In this document: in pieces, positions 10,494 through 21,600 of the stretch
How the letters are laid out: each line of letters starts with the position of its first letter
Numbering within the stretch: the first letter of the stretch is position 1
Origin: Nitrosopumilaceae archaeon
GTDB taxonomy: Archaea > Thermoproteota > Nitrososphaeria > Nitrososphaerales > Nitrosopumilaceae
NCBI GenBank assembly: GCA_965209085.1
Contig: OZ242376.1
Coordinates: forward strand, 128,001 to 192,000
Direction: 5' to 3'
Length of the DNA: 64,000 bases
Notes under the pieces: model-generated
What the model saw: only the letters and a program-made list of their open reading frames with translations
Database searches by the model: none
Told to the model about the DNA's origin: nothing
Translations under genes and position numbers: made by a program

Positions 10494-11006
10494 GTGAGAA
10501 AAAAAATCTATTCGGGCAGAATTATCGATTTGTACAGATATGACATAAAATTGGAAGGAAGGAAAGTTAGACGCGATATCATAGTCCATCCGGGAGCATC
10601 TGCTATAGTTGCATTTGATTCAGAAGGCAAAATTATTCTGGTAAAACAAAACAGATTCCCGCATGGCCGTGTACTGGAAATTCCTGCAGGAACCCTTGAA
10701 AAAGGAGAAACTCCCATGCAGTGTGCTAGACGGGAACTGCTTGAAGAAACAGGATACGCTGCAGGACGTCTGAAAAAACTGATCTCGTATCATCCTACCG
10801 CCGGCTCAAGCACGGAAATCATACATTGTTACGAGGCTCTAAATGCCAAAAAAGTTTCATCATTAAAGCTTGATTCGGATGAATTTATCACCGTGAAAAA
10901 AATGGACCTGGACAAACTTATCCAAATGATAAAAGCAGGAAAAATTACTGATTCAAAAACCATATGTTCTGTTATGATCTATGCTGCAAAAAACAGCCTA
11001 CTCTAA
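10494..11006 (+). CDS. NUDIX hydrolase (ADP-ribose pyrophosphatase-like)
   Basis: Nudix box EIPAGTLEKGETPMQCARRELLEETG. Confidence 0.93.
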   Translation: MRKKIYSGRIIDLYRYDIKLEGRKVRRDIIVHPGASAIVAFDSEGKIILVKQNRFPHGRVLEIPAGTLEKGETPMQCARRELLEETGYAAGRLKKLISYHPTAGSSTEIIHCYEALNAKKVSSLKLDSDEFITVKKMDLDKLIQMIKAGKITDSKTICSVMIYAAKNSLL

Positions 11007-11039
11007 CTCCTGGCAAATCATTTTTAACACCAAAGAGGT

Positions 11040-11813
11040 TTGATTACTTTGATGGACACTGACGAGATATTGAATTTTTTGGCATCGGGAAAAATTTCCA
11101 CCCAGGAGGCCAAAAAAATGCTTGCCATGCGGCATATTGAAAAAATTGGAGATTTTGCCCGTCTTGATATCGGAAGACACAACAGAAACGGCTTACCGGA
11201 AGTTGTTTATGCTGCATCCAAACCGTACGAACAAATATTAGCAATCACCAAAAAAATCCTTGAATCTTCAGGATTCGTACTTGTGTCAAGATTGAAAACG
11301 GATCACGCACAAGCAATGACAAAGTTTGCAGATAATTCGGGAATAAAATACAGTGTGGGAAAAAATACCACTTCAATGCTGTTTTATACAAAAGATACGA
11401 ACGTGAAAAAACGTGGCACCGTGGGTATAATGGCCGCAGGTACATCGGACATAGGGGTGGCAGAAGAAGCCCGCCTAATGTGTGAGGCCATCGGATGCAA
11501 TACCGTATGCGCCTATGATGTTGGTGTTGCAGCATTGCATAGACTGCTAGACGCAGTAAAAGAGATGATTGATAGCAACGTAGATGCAATAATAGCGGTT
11601 GCAGGGATGGAAGGATCCATGCCTACTGTTGTATGCTCCCTGACAAACATTCCAGTTATAGGAGTTCCAAGCTCGGTCGGATACGGCCATGGAGGCTCCG
11701 GTGAGGCGGCCCTCTCGTCGATGCTTCAAAGCTGCGCTGCGGGTCTTTTAGTTGTAAACATAGACAATGGCATAGGCGCAGGTGCATCTGCGGCTAACAT
11801 TGCACGTAAATAA
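11040..11813 (+). CDS. larB: LarB/PurE-like nickel-pincer cofactor biosynthesis protein
   Basis: R..R.GLPEVVY, AGTSDIGVAEEA, DVGVAALHRL, VAGMEG, PSSVGYG, VVNIDNG. Confidence 0.88.
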   Translation: MITLMDTDEILNFLASGKISTQEAKKMLAMRHIEKIGDFARLDIGRHNRNGLPEVVYAASKPYEQILAITKKILESSGFVLVSRLKTDHAQAMTKFADNSGIKYSVGKNTTSMLFYTKDTNVKKRGTVGIMAAGTSDIGVAEEARLMCEAIGCNTVCAYDVGVAALHRLLDAVKEMIDSNVDAIIAVAGMEGSMPTVVCSLTNIPVIGVPSSVGYGHGGSGEAALSSMLQSCAAGLLVVNIDNGIGAGASAANIARK

Positions 11814-11846
11814 TATATAGATAGCCGTGGAATTTTATTCATACTT

Positions 11847-13424
11847 ATGAACGGAAAGAGAATTGTTCTTACTGCCGATCGCAGTTTGATGACCAATTAT
11901 CGTGGGAATTTTTTATACGGATTTATTGCATGCGGCCCGTACGAAGTTCTTCCTGAATGGGTATTTGACAAAGTTTTTTGCCCTGCCGTTGAAACGGATC
12001 CGACTACCGGAGAGGCAAAAGTAGCCCAAGTGGGACTTCGTAGAATAGAGAGCGCGCTATTACAAGGTTATGATAAAAAAGACGTTTTTATTGCAAATCC
12101 AGAACATCTTGAAAAATCCATAGGCCCGGATACAAAAGTCGTCGGAATTAACGTAATGGATCCGCTTGGTATGGCACCTGTTACCACTACAATGTCTCCT
12201 GAAAAACTCTCCTATGTGGCAATGAAATTTAAAAAAATGTGCGCTGTTATTATTCAGCTAAAGAAAAAATACAAATTCCATGTGGCGGTGGGAGGAAACG
12301 GAGCATGGGAGCTTGCAAAACCAGACCGCATGAAAATACACGGAATTGATACAGTTGTTGTGGGAGAAGCAGACGAACTTGCACTGGATCTTTTTGGAGA
12401 CATGGAAAAAGGCGATGCGCCAGACCTGATGAATTGTTTTGTCAAAAACATACAAAACATACCAGTCATAGAGGGTCCGACGGTAAATTCGCTTATAGAA
12501 GCAATGCGGGGCTGCGGCAGAGGCTGTGATTTTTGTGACGTAAACAAACGTTCCAAAAAAGATCTACCAGTAGATCGGCTCAAATATGAAGCACAAATAA
12601 ACTTGGATTATGGATTTGATTCCATTTGGCTCCATTCTGATGAGATGCTTCTATATGGTTGCGATAACCGGGACTTTATTCCAAACAGTGATGCAATAAC
12701 CAATCTTTGGAGCAACCTCAAGAATTTAGGAGCAAATTTTGTGGGCACAACACACATGACGTTCTCAGGAGTTGCAGCCGATCCGGAACTAATGCACAAA
12801 ATATCCACAATAAACCAGCAGGAAAAAGACAACCGTTGGCTTGCCACAAATCTGGGAATAGAGACAGTCTCACCTCCAATGGTAAAAAAACACCTTGGTG
12901 TCAAGACAAAACCGTTTTCTACAGATGAATGGGGAAGCGTAGTAATCGAAGGTGCAAAAATACTCAACAAAAACCACTGGTTTCCCGCTGCAACAATAAT
13001 CATAGGATGGCCAGATGAGACACCCGATGACGTACAGGCTACGATAGACATGTTAACTGATTTTAAAACCATAAACTTTAGAGGATTAGTGGCACCGTTG
13101 CTGTACCAAGACTTTGGAGAGAAAAATTCAATGCACTTTGGAAATCTCAACGAAGCACAGTTTACCCTCTTTTGGAGGTGCTGGGAAAACAATCTGCAGG
13201 TGATAAATGACATTATTCCGATTATACTCAGAAACAAATCATACGGACCGCCCATGAAGATCTTCATGTATGGAATAATCAAAGCTGGAACATGGGCCAT
13301 AATGAGATATCTGCGCGGATTGTGCAAAGATTTGTTTAACGGCAGAACTCCTGAAGAAATTATAGATAAATATACGCGGAGCCGATCCGTTTCATCTCAA
13401 AAAATTATAACTAAAAAGTTATAG
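11847..13424 (+). CDS. B12-binding radical SAM protein, probable GDGT ring synthase (Grs family)
   Basis: IVLTADRSLM N-terminus, GLRRIESAL, MDPLG, EAMRGCGRGCDFC; resemblance to GrsA/B from recall. Confidence 0.7.
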   Translation: MNGKRIVLTADRSLMTNYRGNFLYGFIACGPYEVLPEWVFDKVFCPAVETDPTTGEAKVAQVGLRRIESALLQGYDKKDVFIANPEHLEKSIGPDTKVVGINVMDPLGMAPVTTTMSPEKLSYVAMKFKKMCAVIIQLKKKYKFHVAVGGNGAWELAKPDRMKIHGIDTVVVGEADELALDLFGDMEKGDAPDLMNCFVKNIQNIPVIEGPTVNSLIEAMRGCGRGCDFCDVNKRSKKDLPVDRLKYEAQINLDYGFDSIWLHSDEMLLYGCDNRDFIPNSDAITNLWSNLKNLGANFVGTTHMTFSGVAADPELMHKISTINQQEKDNRWLATNLGIETVSPPMVKKHLGVKTKPFSTDEWGSVVIEGAKILNKNHWFPAATIIIGWPDETPDDVQATIDMLTDFKTINFRGLVAPLLYQDFGEKNSMHFGNLNEAQFTLFWRCWENNLQVINDIIPIILRNKSYGPPMKIFMYGIIKAGTWAIMRYLRGLCKDLFNGRTPEEIIDKYTRSRSVSSQKIITKKL

Positions 13425-13742
13425 ATTTGCCATTGCAGCTTCAGCCAACGTGTTTCGTTTTGGCTTTATGCATATAAAATAGGCTTTGTCTGCGCGTTCG
13501 ACAGATTCTACATTTTTGTATTCTCGTGTGGACATGTCAAATTCGTATATTCCGGATTTTAGATCCTCTTTTGCATACAGGACAAGATATGATTCGCCTG
13601 TAGCGGGACTAAGCGGAATAAATGACATGACATTTCCCTTGTATGCAGTTATTGGCATTGTATTTTTCATTGGAGGTGCGGCTGAAACAAGATACAGGAA
13701 GAGATCGCCAATGTTCTCAAATTCTTCATATTCTATTTTCAT
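13419..13742 (-). CDS. Conserved hypothetical protein
   Basis: 107-aa ORF with typical composition. Confidence 0.65.
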   Translation of the reverse strand: MKIEYEEFENIGDLFLYLVSAAPPMKNTMPITAYKGNVMSFIPLSPATGESYLVLYAKEDLKSGIYEFDMSTREYKNVESVERADKAYFICIKPKRNTLAEAAMANL

Positions 13743-13777
13743 ACCTGATATATGATTCCTTGCTGTATAAATTTTTC

Positions 13778-13808
13778 GTATGAGGTCAGGTATGAGCTGA
13801 CCTCATAC
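13778..13808. mobile_element. 31-bp minimal MITE family A copy
   Basis: GTATGAGGTCAG-gtatgag-CTGACCTCATAC flanked by perfect 8-bp direct repeat AATTTTTC (13770-13777, 13809-13816). Confidence 0.85.
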
Positions 13809-13867
13809 AATTTTTCTTGATCTCATTTGAGATGATTTTCTGAACCGCAATTCTCGTATTTTTGAAC

Positions 13868-14917
13868 CTAAACACTAGAACGCTTGAGGATCTTTCTAGC
13901 TCCATATGCTGCACCTATTGGAGTTCCAACATAGATGCCAATATTGAGGGCAATAACAGAGATTCCTAGGGCAAGTACGCTAGAATCAGTATCCTCAGCT
14001 AGATTCATTATGCTAAGAGTGGATATCAAGGGAGTCAAAAATGCACCCACTGCAGATGCAAATGCCGGACTTTGACGCTCCCAGTCGGCTATTGTCGGAG
14101 AAAATGTGTAATAGAATGTGTTAAAACTTGACATGAATGATGTTCCAGAAGATGTCTCCATCAAAGTATTGTCGCGAATTTCTCTAAGCATTTGTATTTG
14201 TGGTGCAAGTTCTGTTCCGTATGCGGCAGTTGCTATGAGACAACCTCCGCTATTTTCAGAACCTGTATCATCCATTGCAGCTATACAACGTGTACCATCC
14301 CATTCAGTACCTGTACCACAAATGCTAGTACATTGACCGTCTACAAATTGCGTACCATCGCCACATATTGAAACACATTCGTCACCTTTTTTGACTTCTC
14401 CGGCAGCACACGTTATTTCCTGAGTGGGTGGAGTTACCGGTTCTATTATCTCAGGAGGTGTTACAGGTGGCTCTGGAGCGACAGGCTCAACTTTTTCTGG
14501 TTCCGGTTCCGGCGGTGTTAGTTCAGGCTCTGGTTCGCTGGAAACAATTTCAAAAGTTGCTTCAGCGTTCTGTACGCCATATGCTACTCTTACAGTATAT
14601 TCGCCAGATTTTGACAACAAGGCACTGCCTGTTTTTACTGTGATAGTATTAGGTACTTTGAGTGTTATGTTATTTGGGTTTATTTGATCAAGATATGCTA
14701 GGTTATCATTAGAATCTGTGATAGTAAAAGTCAATGCATTGTGATATGGCTCTGAATGTTTCTGCAAAACTGCAGTAATCCATATTTTATCTCCAGCAGA
14801 GTAACTTGCCTCATCTGTTTCAACAGTGAGTGTTGCTTGTCCATATGCTGCAGATATGCCAAATACCATTGATAATGATAAAAATACAATTGTCATCCTG
14901 AGCGTTCTGGTACGCAT
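13868..14917 (-). CDS. CFI-box-CTERM domain surface protein
   Basis: Signal peptide, Pro/Glu-rich linker, Cys repeats (CGDGTQFVDGQC), GGCLIATAAYGTELAPQIQMLREIRD, C-terminal TM. Confidence 0.85.
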   Translation of the reverse strand: MRTRTLRMTIVFLSLSMVFGISAAYGQATLTVETDEASYSAGDKIWITAVLQKHSEPYHNALTFTITDSNDNLAYLDQINPNNITLKVPNTITVKTGSALLSKSGEYTVRVAYGVQNAEATFEIVSSEPEPELTPPEPEPEKVEPVAPEPPVTPPEIIEPVTPPTQEITCAAGEVKKGDECVSICGDGTQFVDGQCTSICGTGTEWDGTRCIAAMDDTGSENSGGCLIATAAYGTELAPQIQMLREIRDNTLMETSSGTSFMSSFNTFYYTFSPTIADWERQSPAFASAVGAFLTPLISTLSIMNLAEDTDSSVLALGISVIALNIGIYVGTPIGAAYGARKILKRSSV

Positions 14918-14949
14918 ACAAGTTTTAATCCATCTTTTAGTATTTATTA

Positions 14950-16242
14950 TTATTGGTGGATAGTTTTACGCTTCTTATATGAAATATCACGCATAATGCG
15001 TTTTGCACCATTTACAGTAATATCGCCATTTTTTACCATTTTTTTTGCAACCATTGAAACTTTGTCCGAATGGACGCCGGCAGTGACTGCTATGTTACGG
15101 GCATGTAATCCCATATGGCCTCGTTGTATGCCGTCAGTAGCTAGTGCCTGAAGCGCGCTGAAATTCTGGGCAAGACCTGCAGATGCTATAATACATCCCA
15201 ATTGACGGGCGGACTTGGCCTTGGTAATTTTTATGCATACGCGTGCGGTGGGATGAACTGCCGCTATTCCTCCTATGATCCCTACCTGCATGGGCATCTC
15301 TATAGTACCTTTGAGATTGCCTTTGGCATCCTTTGACCATGTGGTGAGTGGCTCATATCTGTCATTTCTGCAGGCATACGCCCCGGCAGCAGCCTCTAAA
15401 GCACGACCGTCCTGACCGGTGGCATTTGCAATAGCAGTCACAGCGTTCATCACTCCTTTGTTATGGGTAACGGCTCTGTTGACGTCATATTGAGCAAATT
15501 CGTAGGCACGAACCATGTCGTCTACTATGCGATTACCTCCAATCAAATCACTGCGAAATATTGCACTTGCACGGGCAATACGGGTGGTCGAATAATTTGA
15601 AAGAATACGTAACAATGCCCTCCCCCCAGTCAATTTTTCAAGCATTGGCGATATTGCCTCACACATTGAATTTGTCACATTTGCGCCCATGGCGTCTGCC
15701 GTATCCACTAAAATCTCTACTATCAGCATAGGGCCAGACGGAGGATCTAACCTATGCGTCGAGATCTTTATGGCTCCTCTGTTCATTTTTGAAAGTGTAC
15801 GGCTTTGCTTGTTTGCCACACGCAATATTTTCAAAGTCGATTTTCTGATCTCATCTGATGCTGATTTTAGATTTTTAATTTTTAAAAGCTGGATTTGACC
15901 AATTACATGAGACGGACCACATTCAGCCTTGAATCCTCCAGAAGCACGGGCTATCTTGGCTCCCCGTGAGGCAGCCGCTATAACTGATGGTTCCTCTATG
16001 ACCATTGGCACTAGATAGTCACGTCGATTTATTGTAAAATTGGTGGCCACACCCATAGGCAAGGCAAACGTGCCTATGGCATTTTCAACCATGAGATCCG
16101 CTTCTGTAAATCCTATGCCTCCGACAGAACATAAAATATCAACCTCTGCCATGTTTAGTCCTGCAAATTTACGTACGATTTCCAATCGTTCATCATGGGT
16201 TTTTTTGTGCATGCCAGAAATGGCCGAGCTCTTTACAACCAA
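14950..16242 (-). CDS. mvaA: HMG-CoA reductase, class II
   Basis: ENAIG, EEPSVIAAAS, DAMGAN, ILSNY, THNKG, GQDGRA, GIQRGHMGLH. Confidence 0.93.
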   Translation of the reverse strand: MVVKSSAISGMHKKTHDERLEIVRKFAGLNMAEVDILCSVGGIGFTEADLMVENAIGTFALPMGVATNFTINRRDYLVPMVIEEPSVIAAASRGAKIARASGGFKAECGPSHVIGQIQLLKIKNLKSASDEIRKSTLKILRVANKQSRTLSKMNRGAIKISTHRLDPPSGPMLIVEILVDTADAMGANVTNSMCEAISPMLEKLTGGRALLRILSNYSTTRIARASAIFRSDLIGGNRIVDDMVRAYEFAQYDVNRAVTHNKGVMNAVTAIANATGQDGRALEAAAGAYACRNDRYEPLTTWSKDAKGNLKGTIEMPMQVGIIGGIAAVHPTARVCIKITKAKSARQLGCIIASAGLAQNFSALQALATDGIQRGHMGLHARNIAVTAGVHSDKVSMVAKKMVKNGDITVNGAKRIMRDISYKKRKTIHQ

Positions 16243-16495
16243 TCAAAACATACATGTGTCGAATAGTATAAAAGCATACAATATTTTTAATACAATATGA
16301 ACCTGCACAAAGGTAAAAACGCTGGGTACAACCTCATAATTAATTATTATATTAGATTTTAATATTAATATATATTATAAAATAAGTAATATGCTAAAAA
16401 AACTATTGGATATATGAATATATGTTGTATCTATAATATTAAAAATATCCATGATAAAAATGATAAACTGTGCCTAGAATAATTGTAGCAAATAC

Positions 16496-16890
16496 CCCCA
16501 CCTATTCAGATAAAATATGGGTAAAGAATCACATTGACCAATACTCCATTTACTGCATCCAAATTGGATGATTCTGATCTATTTTGATAATTTGGTGTTT
16601 TACTGGGTCATTTTTTTACCTTTTTTGCCCACCCCTATTCAGATAAAATATGAGTAAAGAATCACATTGACCAATACTCCATTTACTGCATCCAAATTGG
16701 ATGATTCTGATCTATTTTGATAATTTGGTGTTTTACTGGGTCATTTTTTTACCTTTTTTGCCCACCCCTATTCAGCTAAAATATGGGTAAAGATCACTTG
16801 ACCAATATCCAATTTACTGTATACAACTTGGATGATTTTAGATCTATTATGATAATATTGGTGTTTTATTGAGCCGTTCTTCACCCTTTT
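16496..16890. repeat. 133-bp tandem repeat, about 3 copies
   Basis: cctattcag recurs at 16501, 16634 and 16767; copies 1-2 near identical, copy 3 diverged and overlapping the 3' end of the next gene. Confidence 0.92.
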
Positions 16891-17407
16891 CAGTAAGCGA
16901 ATATACATATGGTTTGATTCCAGCATGCCGCTGAACTAAACCGTCGGCTGACAGCTTTTTCATGAGTCGTGATGTATGTTCTCTTGTTTTTCCTATTGTG
17001 ATTTGTATATCACGTGAAGTCATTGATTTATCTGTGATTGTGTGTAATATCACATCAATCACATCACTATGCCTAAAAACAGGCGCGACTGGGGTGATTA
17101 TTACCTGGGATTTCTCATTTTTTTTGCCCTGTTCCGTCTCTGTAGGCACGATTGATGGTTTTTTTGACTCTATCATTTCAGATTTAGGCACGTTTTCTAA
17201 ATCAATTGTATCTAGCCTTATCTTTAGGTCGATTAATTGCCGTTCATAGTATTCTAAACGCTCTAATTGTGCAGGATCTTTATGTATTTTTTTAGTATTT
17301 ACATACGTTTTTACCTTAAAATATGCAATTATAATTATAAAACCAACTAAAAATATGACTAAACCAGTTAGAACACTTGCAGCATCTGGTAACTCCACTA
17401 TCATCAC
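16847..17407 (-). CDS. Membrane-anchored winged-helix DNA-binding protein
   Basis: N-terminal TM, coiled coil, C-terminal TSRDIQITIGKTREHTSRLMKKL...YSLTEKG wHTH. Confidence 0.75.
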   Translation of the reverse strand: MMIVELPDAASVLTGLVIFLVGFIIIIAYFKVKTYVNTKKIHKDPAQLERLEYYERQLIDLKIRLDTIDLENVPKSEMIESKKPSIVPTETEQGKKNEKSQVIITPVAPVFRHSDVIDVILHTITDKSMTSRDIQITIGKTREHTSRLMKKLSADGLVQRHAGIKPYVYSLTEKGEERLNKTPILS

Positions 17408-17517
17408 ATATTTTGTGATTATGTTACAAATTACTGTGATGAATGATAATTATTCACACATTGCGTTGATATTATTGTAGCATATATCACTATAATATAT
17501 CATATATATGTATAATA

Positions 17518-17904
17518 TCACGAATTACATGCTCGTTTTACTATAAGATCTATGACACGCATCACTTCATCTTCCTTTTCTGGAAAAATATCACTATCTT
17601 TTAAAATATCAATCTGTTTTGATAAATCAATTATCACGTTCATATCACTATATTTTATCACACCTAAACTCAATAAAAGTGCCTGTGTATAGTAAAAACT
17701 GGCTAATTTTGTTCGTACTTGCGCAAGTTGTCTATAGTATGCACCTCTAGTTATGTTGAACTCTGTTTTTGATATGCCCTTGTAATTACTTAAAATTTCA
17801 ATTTGTCGCTCTGTAAACAATGATTTTTTAGCCAATTCATGTATTATATGATTAAAATTTACATTTTGATTATCACTCATAGCTATATAGATCTGTATAC
17901 CCAC
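17518..17904 (-). CDS. Conserved hypothetical protein (possible HTH)
   Basis: SLFTERQIEI, ITRGAYYRQ; divergent from GGGP synthase. Confidence 0.65.
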   Translation of the reverse strand: MGIQIYIAMSDNQNVNFNHIIHELAKKSLFTERQIEILSNYKGISKTEFNITRGAYYRQLAQVRTKLASFYYTQALLLSLGVIKYSDMNVIIDLSKQIDILKDSDIFPEKEDEVMRVIDLIVKRACNS

Positions 17905-17942
17905 AATTAAACTTTAAACATAGATCAATGTTCATCTGATAC

Positions 17943-18698
17943 ATGGCTATAGGAAGCGTAGAAAACAAGCTTATTTCCGATCTAAAGAAAAAGAAATGTC
18001 TTGTATTTGTTCTAATTGATTCTGAAATTGCTAATGCCAGTGTATCCGTACGTTTGGCAAAAGATTCAGAGGCTGCAGGCGCATCTGCTATTTTGGTAGG
18101 AGGTTCTACCGCAACGGATCAGTTAGGCATGGCCGAGACCGTTAAAAAACTCAAAAAAGCGGTTAAAATTCCAATAATTCTATTCCCAGGTAACATTACA
18201 GGTGTGGTTCCGGACGCTGACGCTATTCTCTTCAGTTCCCTCTTAAACTCAGAAAATCCATACTATATCTCACAGGCACAGGTTCTTGGCGCCCCTAATG
18301 TGATTAGATACGGTCTAGAATCACTCCCTACTGCATATCTAATCATCGGAGAAGGTACAACTGCATGGTTCATAGGCAGTGCTAGGGGCATCCCATTTGA
18401 AAAATCTGGTATAGCAGCGGCGTATTCAATGGCTGCTAGATGTCTAGGAATGAGATTTGTGTACCTGGAAGCAGGATCCGGCGCATCCGAAAGCGTAAGA
18501 CCAGATATGATCAAGACGGTTCGAAAATCTTTTGACGGGTTCTTAATAGTCGGTGGAGGCATAAAGGACGTAAAAGGAGCCAAAAAAATAGCCGATGCTG
18601 GAGCTAACGCAATCGTACTTGGAACAATGCTTGAGAAAAAGAATCAAATACAAAAACTTGCAAACATTGTAAAGACGGTCAACGGTTCTAGACGGTGA
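17943..18698 (+). CDS. Geranylgeranylglyceryl phosphate synthase
   Basis: ILVGGST, PIILFPG, YLEAGSGA, VGGGI. Confidence 0.93.
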   Translation: MAIGSVENKLISDLKKKKCLVFVLIDSEIANASVSVRLAKDSEAAGASAILVGGSTATDQLGMAETVKKLKKAVKIPIILFPGNITGVVPDADAILFSSLLNSENPYYISQAQVLGAPNVIRYGLESLPTAYLIIGEGTTAWFIGSARGIPFEKSGIAAAYSMAARCLGMRFVYLEAGSGASESVRPDMIKTVRKSFDGFLIVGGGIKDVKGAKKIADAGANAIVLGTMLEKKNQIQKLANIVKTVNGSRR

Positions 18699-18699
18699 T

Positions 18700-21600
18700 T
18701 TGGTGGCCACTAATGCTGCAATTGAATCCATAAAGACCATCAATGCCCCTGATTATTACATCAAATATTACAGTGATTTAGCAGTCCAAACTGAGGAAAT
18801 ATACGAACATATGGCCAAGGCAAAATCCGTTCTGACCGATATCACATCATCCATTGAACCAAAAATTGCATATGATTTGGCAGACAGAGTGGCAAAAATG
18901 CACGACATAGATGATATAACCGAACCAATCAGAAGCCTGCTTGAAGATCATGGAAAAGAATCCGCCGCCATGATACTAGCAAAGGAATTGGCTCTAGGAA
19001 AATATCAGCCAAAAGATACAACCCTTGAAGATCGTCTAGATTTGGCCGTCCGGGTAGGTTTGGCCATTGTAACAGAAGGCGTTACCATTGCACCACTGCA
19101 AGGAATATCTGAAATACAGATACGTAAAAACAAAGACGGTTCAGAATATCTTTCAGTGTCCATAGCAGGTCCTATGCGTTCTGCAGGAGGTACAGAATCT
19201 GCCGTAACCATGCTTATTGCAGATTCTGTGAGAAAAACCGTAGGTCTTGGAGCTTATCAGGCAAACTCATTTGGTGATGATGAAACAGGTCGTTTTGTAG
19301 AAGAGCTTCGTACATACGAACGTCAGGCCAGTAGTTTTCAATTTCACGTACTAGACGAGGATATTGTAACTGTAATATCACATTTGCCTGTAGAAATTGA
19401 TGGACCTAGCACCGATCCGTATGATGTTATTAATCACAAGGGTATGACAAGAATAAAGACGGATCAGGTAAGAGGCGGAGCACTAAGGGTGTTAAACGAT
19501 GGTCTCATAGGCAGATCAAAAAAGCTGTTAAAACGCATAGAAAAATACGATATGGATGGCTGGGATTGGCTCAAAGATCTAAAAGGTGCGGTACAGTCCG
19601 GAGATGAAGAAGACGCCTCATCAAAACGGATGGACGAAGTCATAGTGGGCAGATCAGTTCTTTCAACCCAATATGGCAGCGGCGGTTTTAGATTGCGGTA
19701 CGGCCGTGCATGCAATACTGGTTTTACTGCAATGGGATTTCATCCTGCAATACCGGAAATTTTGGATCATACCATAACAGTTGGAACACAGGTAAAGACG
19801 GACATACCGGGAAAAGGTGCTGTGGTAGCCATGGTGGATTCAATTGAAACTCCGATTGTATTACTCAAAAACGGGGACGTGATCAAAATTCGTGATGCGT
19901 TGCATGGCAAAAAAGTGCGCAATCAAATCAAAAAAATATTATATCTGGGCGATGTTTTAATTTCATTTGGAGATTTTCTAGAAAATAATGCAAAAATGAT
20001 ACCAACTGGGTATGTTGAAGAATATTGGGTTGAAGAACTGCGGTTAAAAGACAAAGATTTAGCCATAAAATACGCGCGAACAGCCCCAACACTGGATAAT
20101 GCCCTGGATATGTGCTCCAAATTGGGAATAGCACTGCATCCAAAATACCTCCATTACTGGGATCAGATAGACAAGAATGACCTCCAAAATCTTCTCTCCC
20201 CAGTAGAATCAAATCCACAAAAGATAGTTTTTGAACAAAATGCAAAAAAAGTACTAGAAAAAATCGGCATTCCACATACAATATCACAGTCACATATAGT
20301 GTTAAAAGACGATGATGCTCGTATACTGTATCATCTTTTATACAAACACTCTGTATCCATCTCTGAAAAAGATAACGTACTTGAAACAATATCAAAATCA
20401 TCTGGTATAACATTACGCACAAAATTTTCCATTTCTGTAGGAATACGAATAGGGCGCCCTGAAAAAGCGGCACCACGAAACATGAAACCTGCCGTCCATT
20501 GTCTCTTTCCAGTAGAAAAAACAGGTGGTCCTACACGTGATATCACAAAATCCGCAAAACGCAACGATTTTTATGCTAAAATATCTGATCGTGTATGTCA
20601 ATCTTGCGGTAAAGAATCACTGGCAATCAAATGTAATAATTGTGGTGAAAAAACTTTCATACTATACAAATGTAAACGATGCAATAAAACTGCGGATGAA
20701 TCATTTTGCAAGGATTGTAATAAACCAATTTATGCATATTCAAATAAAAAATTTCCACTAAAAGATTTTCTTATAACCGCACAAAGTACAGTAAATCTTA
20801 GGGCAAAATCTCCACTTAAAGGAGTTGTTGATCTTATCAGTAAGGAAAAAATTGCAGAACCACTTGAAAAAGGATTAATTCGACAATATTATGATCTTAC
20901 CGTATTCAAGGATGGAACCATAAGATATGATGCTACCAACACACCTATTACACATTTTAGACCAAAATGGATTGGTACTAGCATTAAACATCTCAAGGAT
21001 CTAGGATACACAAAAGACTACAAAGGCAAGGATCTGATCAGTGATGATCAAACCGTGGAAATAAGAATACAGGATGTCATAATCCCCTTGGATTGTGCAA
21101 AACATCTGATTAATATCTCCAAATATGTGGACATGGAGCTTGAAAAGATCTATGACATGTCGCATTTTTACAACATTTCAACACCAGAAGATCTGTTGGG
21201 ACATCTTGTAATTGGTCTTGCACCCCATACTTCGGTTGGCATAACGGCTAGAATCATCGGATTTACTGACACTCAAACGTGTTTTGGCACTCCCAATTGG
21301 CATTCTGCAAAACGTAGGGATGCTGATGGCGACGCAGACTCGATAATGCTTTATGCTGACGCATTGTTGAATTTTTCAAGAAAATTCCTCTCTGATAAAA
21401 TTGGAGGATTGATGGATGCTCCCCTGCTTATACAACCATTAGTGCTTCCACACGAATCACAACCGCAGGCGCACAATTTGGAAGTGGTGGAAAAATTTCC
21501 CATTGAATTTTATAAAACAACGGAACTGATGCCAAAAGCATCCGATGTAAAATCCGTTACAATGGTAAAAGATCGTTTGGGAAAAAGAGAAATGTATTAC

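Noticed and set aside
16468-16482. tgtgcctagaat resembling the MITE-A interior
   Set aside because: About a 10-bp match with no TIR or TSD
16496-16890. CRISPR array
   Set aside because: Whole 133-bp units repeat with no unique spacers, and no cas genes are present
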